DNA of 64,000 bases from an uncultured Planctomycetaceae bacterium (GTDB lineage Bacteria > Planctomycetota > Planctomycetia > Planctomycetales > Planctomycetaceae). Numbering within the stretch: the first letter of the stretch is position 1; every line of letters begins with the position of its first letter. Shown one piece after another: positions 63,615-64,000 of this stretch. Where the stretch lies: positions 64,001 through 128,000 of the forward strand of contig CAWFGE010000018.1 of assembly GCA_963815195.1 (NCBI GenBank), in the 5' to 3' direction. The notes below the pieces were generated by a model. It made no database searches and was not told the DNA's origin. It was given only the letters and a program-made list of their open reading frames with translations. The position numbers and the translations under genes are program-made.

Positions 63615-64000
63615 TCACCAACCCCAAACCACGGGGGCCGGCAAGGGAGTGGCGTAGTAACCGGGGACATAATACGGAACGACGCCCGCCGGCACCATCC
63701 CGCCGGGAAATGCGTTGTCCGTCCCGGCGGAATAAGGACCGGGCGCGAGAACCGCCCCGGGCAAAATCGGCGCCGGTTTGGCGGATGCCTGCGACTTGTC
63801 GTCGGCGGATGTTTTCGTCTTGGCGAGGGAGGGTTCTTCAGACGTGTTTTCTTGCGTGGGTTTCGTGAAATCGACCATCCAGATATTGCGGAACCGCACG
63901 GGGTTGCCGTGGTTTTGCAGATTGATGGGCAGCGGGTTCGGCCCTTCGCCCACGCGTTTGCCGCCGCCGGTGGGCGTCTTGAGTTCCTGATCCTTCTGCA
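63615..64000 (-). CDS. DUF1080 (3-keto-disaccharide hydrolase-like) protein, C-terminal part
   Basis: [17 protein letters not shown]; truncated by the window edge. Confidence 0.8.
   Translation of the reverse strand, partial: QKDQELKTPTGGGKRVGEGPNPLPINLQNHGNPVRFRNIWMVDFTKPTQENTSEEPSLAKTKTSADDKSQASAKPAPILPGAVLAPGPYSAGTDNAFPGGMVPAGVVPYYVPGYYATPLPAPVVWGW

Overview
GC-rich bacterial DNA, most likely from a Planctomycete (PSD1/DUF1549-DUF1553 cytochrome protein, DUF1573, DUF4058, BlaI-BlaR1 pair, giant secretin). It is mostly core and accessory genes: glnA, ispE, spoVG, rpsA, recA, mnmA, gpsA, an AlkA-like glycosylase and an ABC1 kinase. Nine genes, including recA, carry single-base frameshifts. 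This pattern suggests long-read indel errors rather than true pseudogenes. The best-supported discovery is a complete IS110-family element (21781-23439) whose RNA-guided mechanism can be read from the sequence. It has a CT core at both junctions and a promoter that forms only on circularisation. Its non-coding left end folds into a bridge RNA whose two loops match the actual target and donor junctions, including post-exchange 'handshake' bases. The IS sits inside a palindromic REP, inside a non-coding TIR element (MITE), inside a second REP family. A second notable locus (32125-39892) is a soluble FtsH-like protease, a small protein, a ~1180-aa unknown protein and a MoxR/RavA ATPase. It resembles an FtsH ternary conflict system but lacks an adjacent vWA gene, and it is interrupted by a GxxExxY gene flanked by perfect 20-bp inverted repeats. 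No rRNA, tRNA or CRISPR array was recognised. All family assignments come from motif recognition by eye, with no database search.
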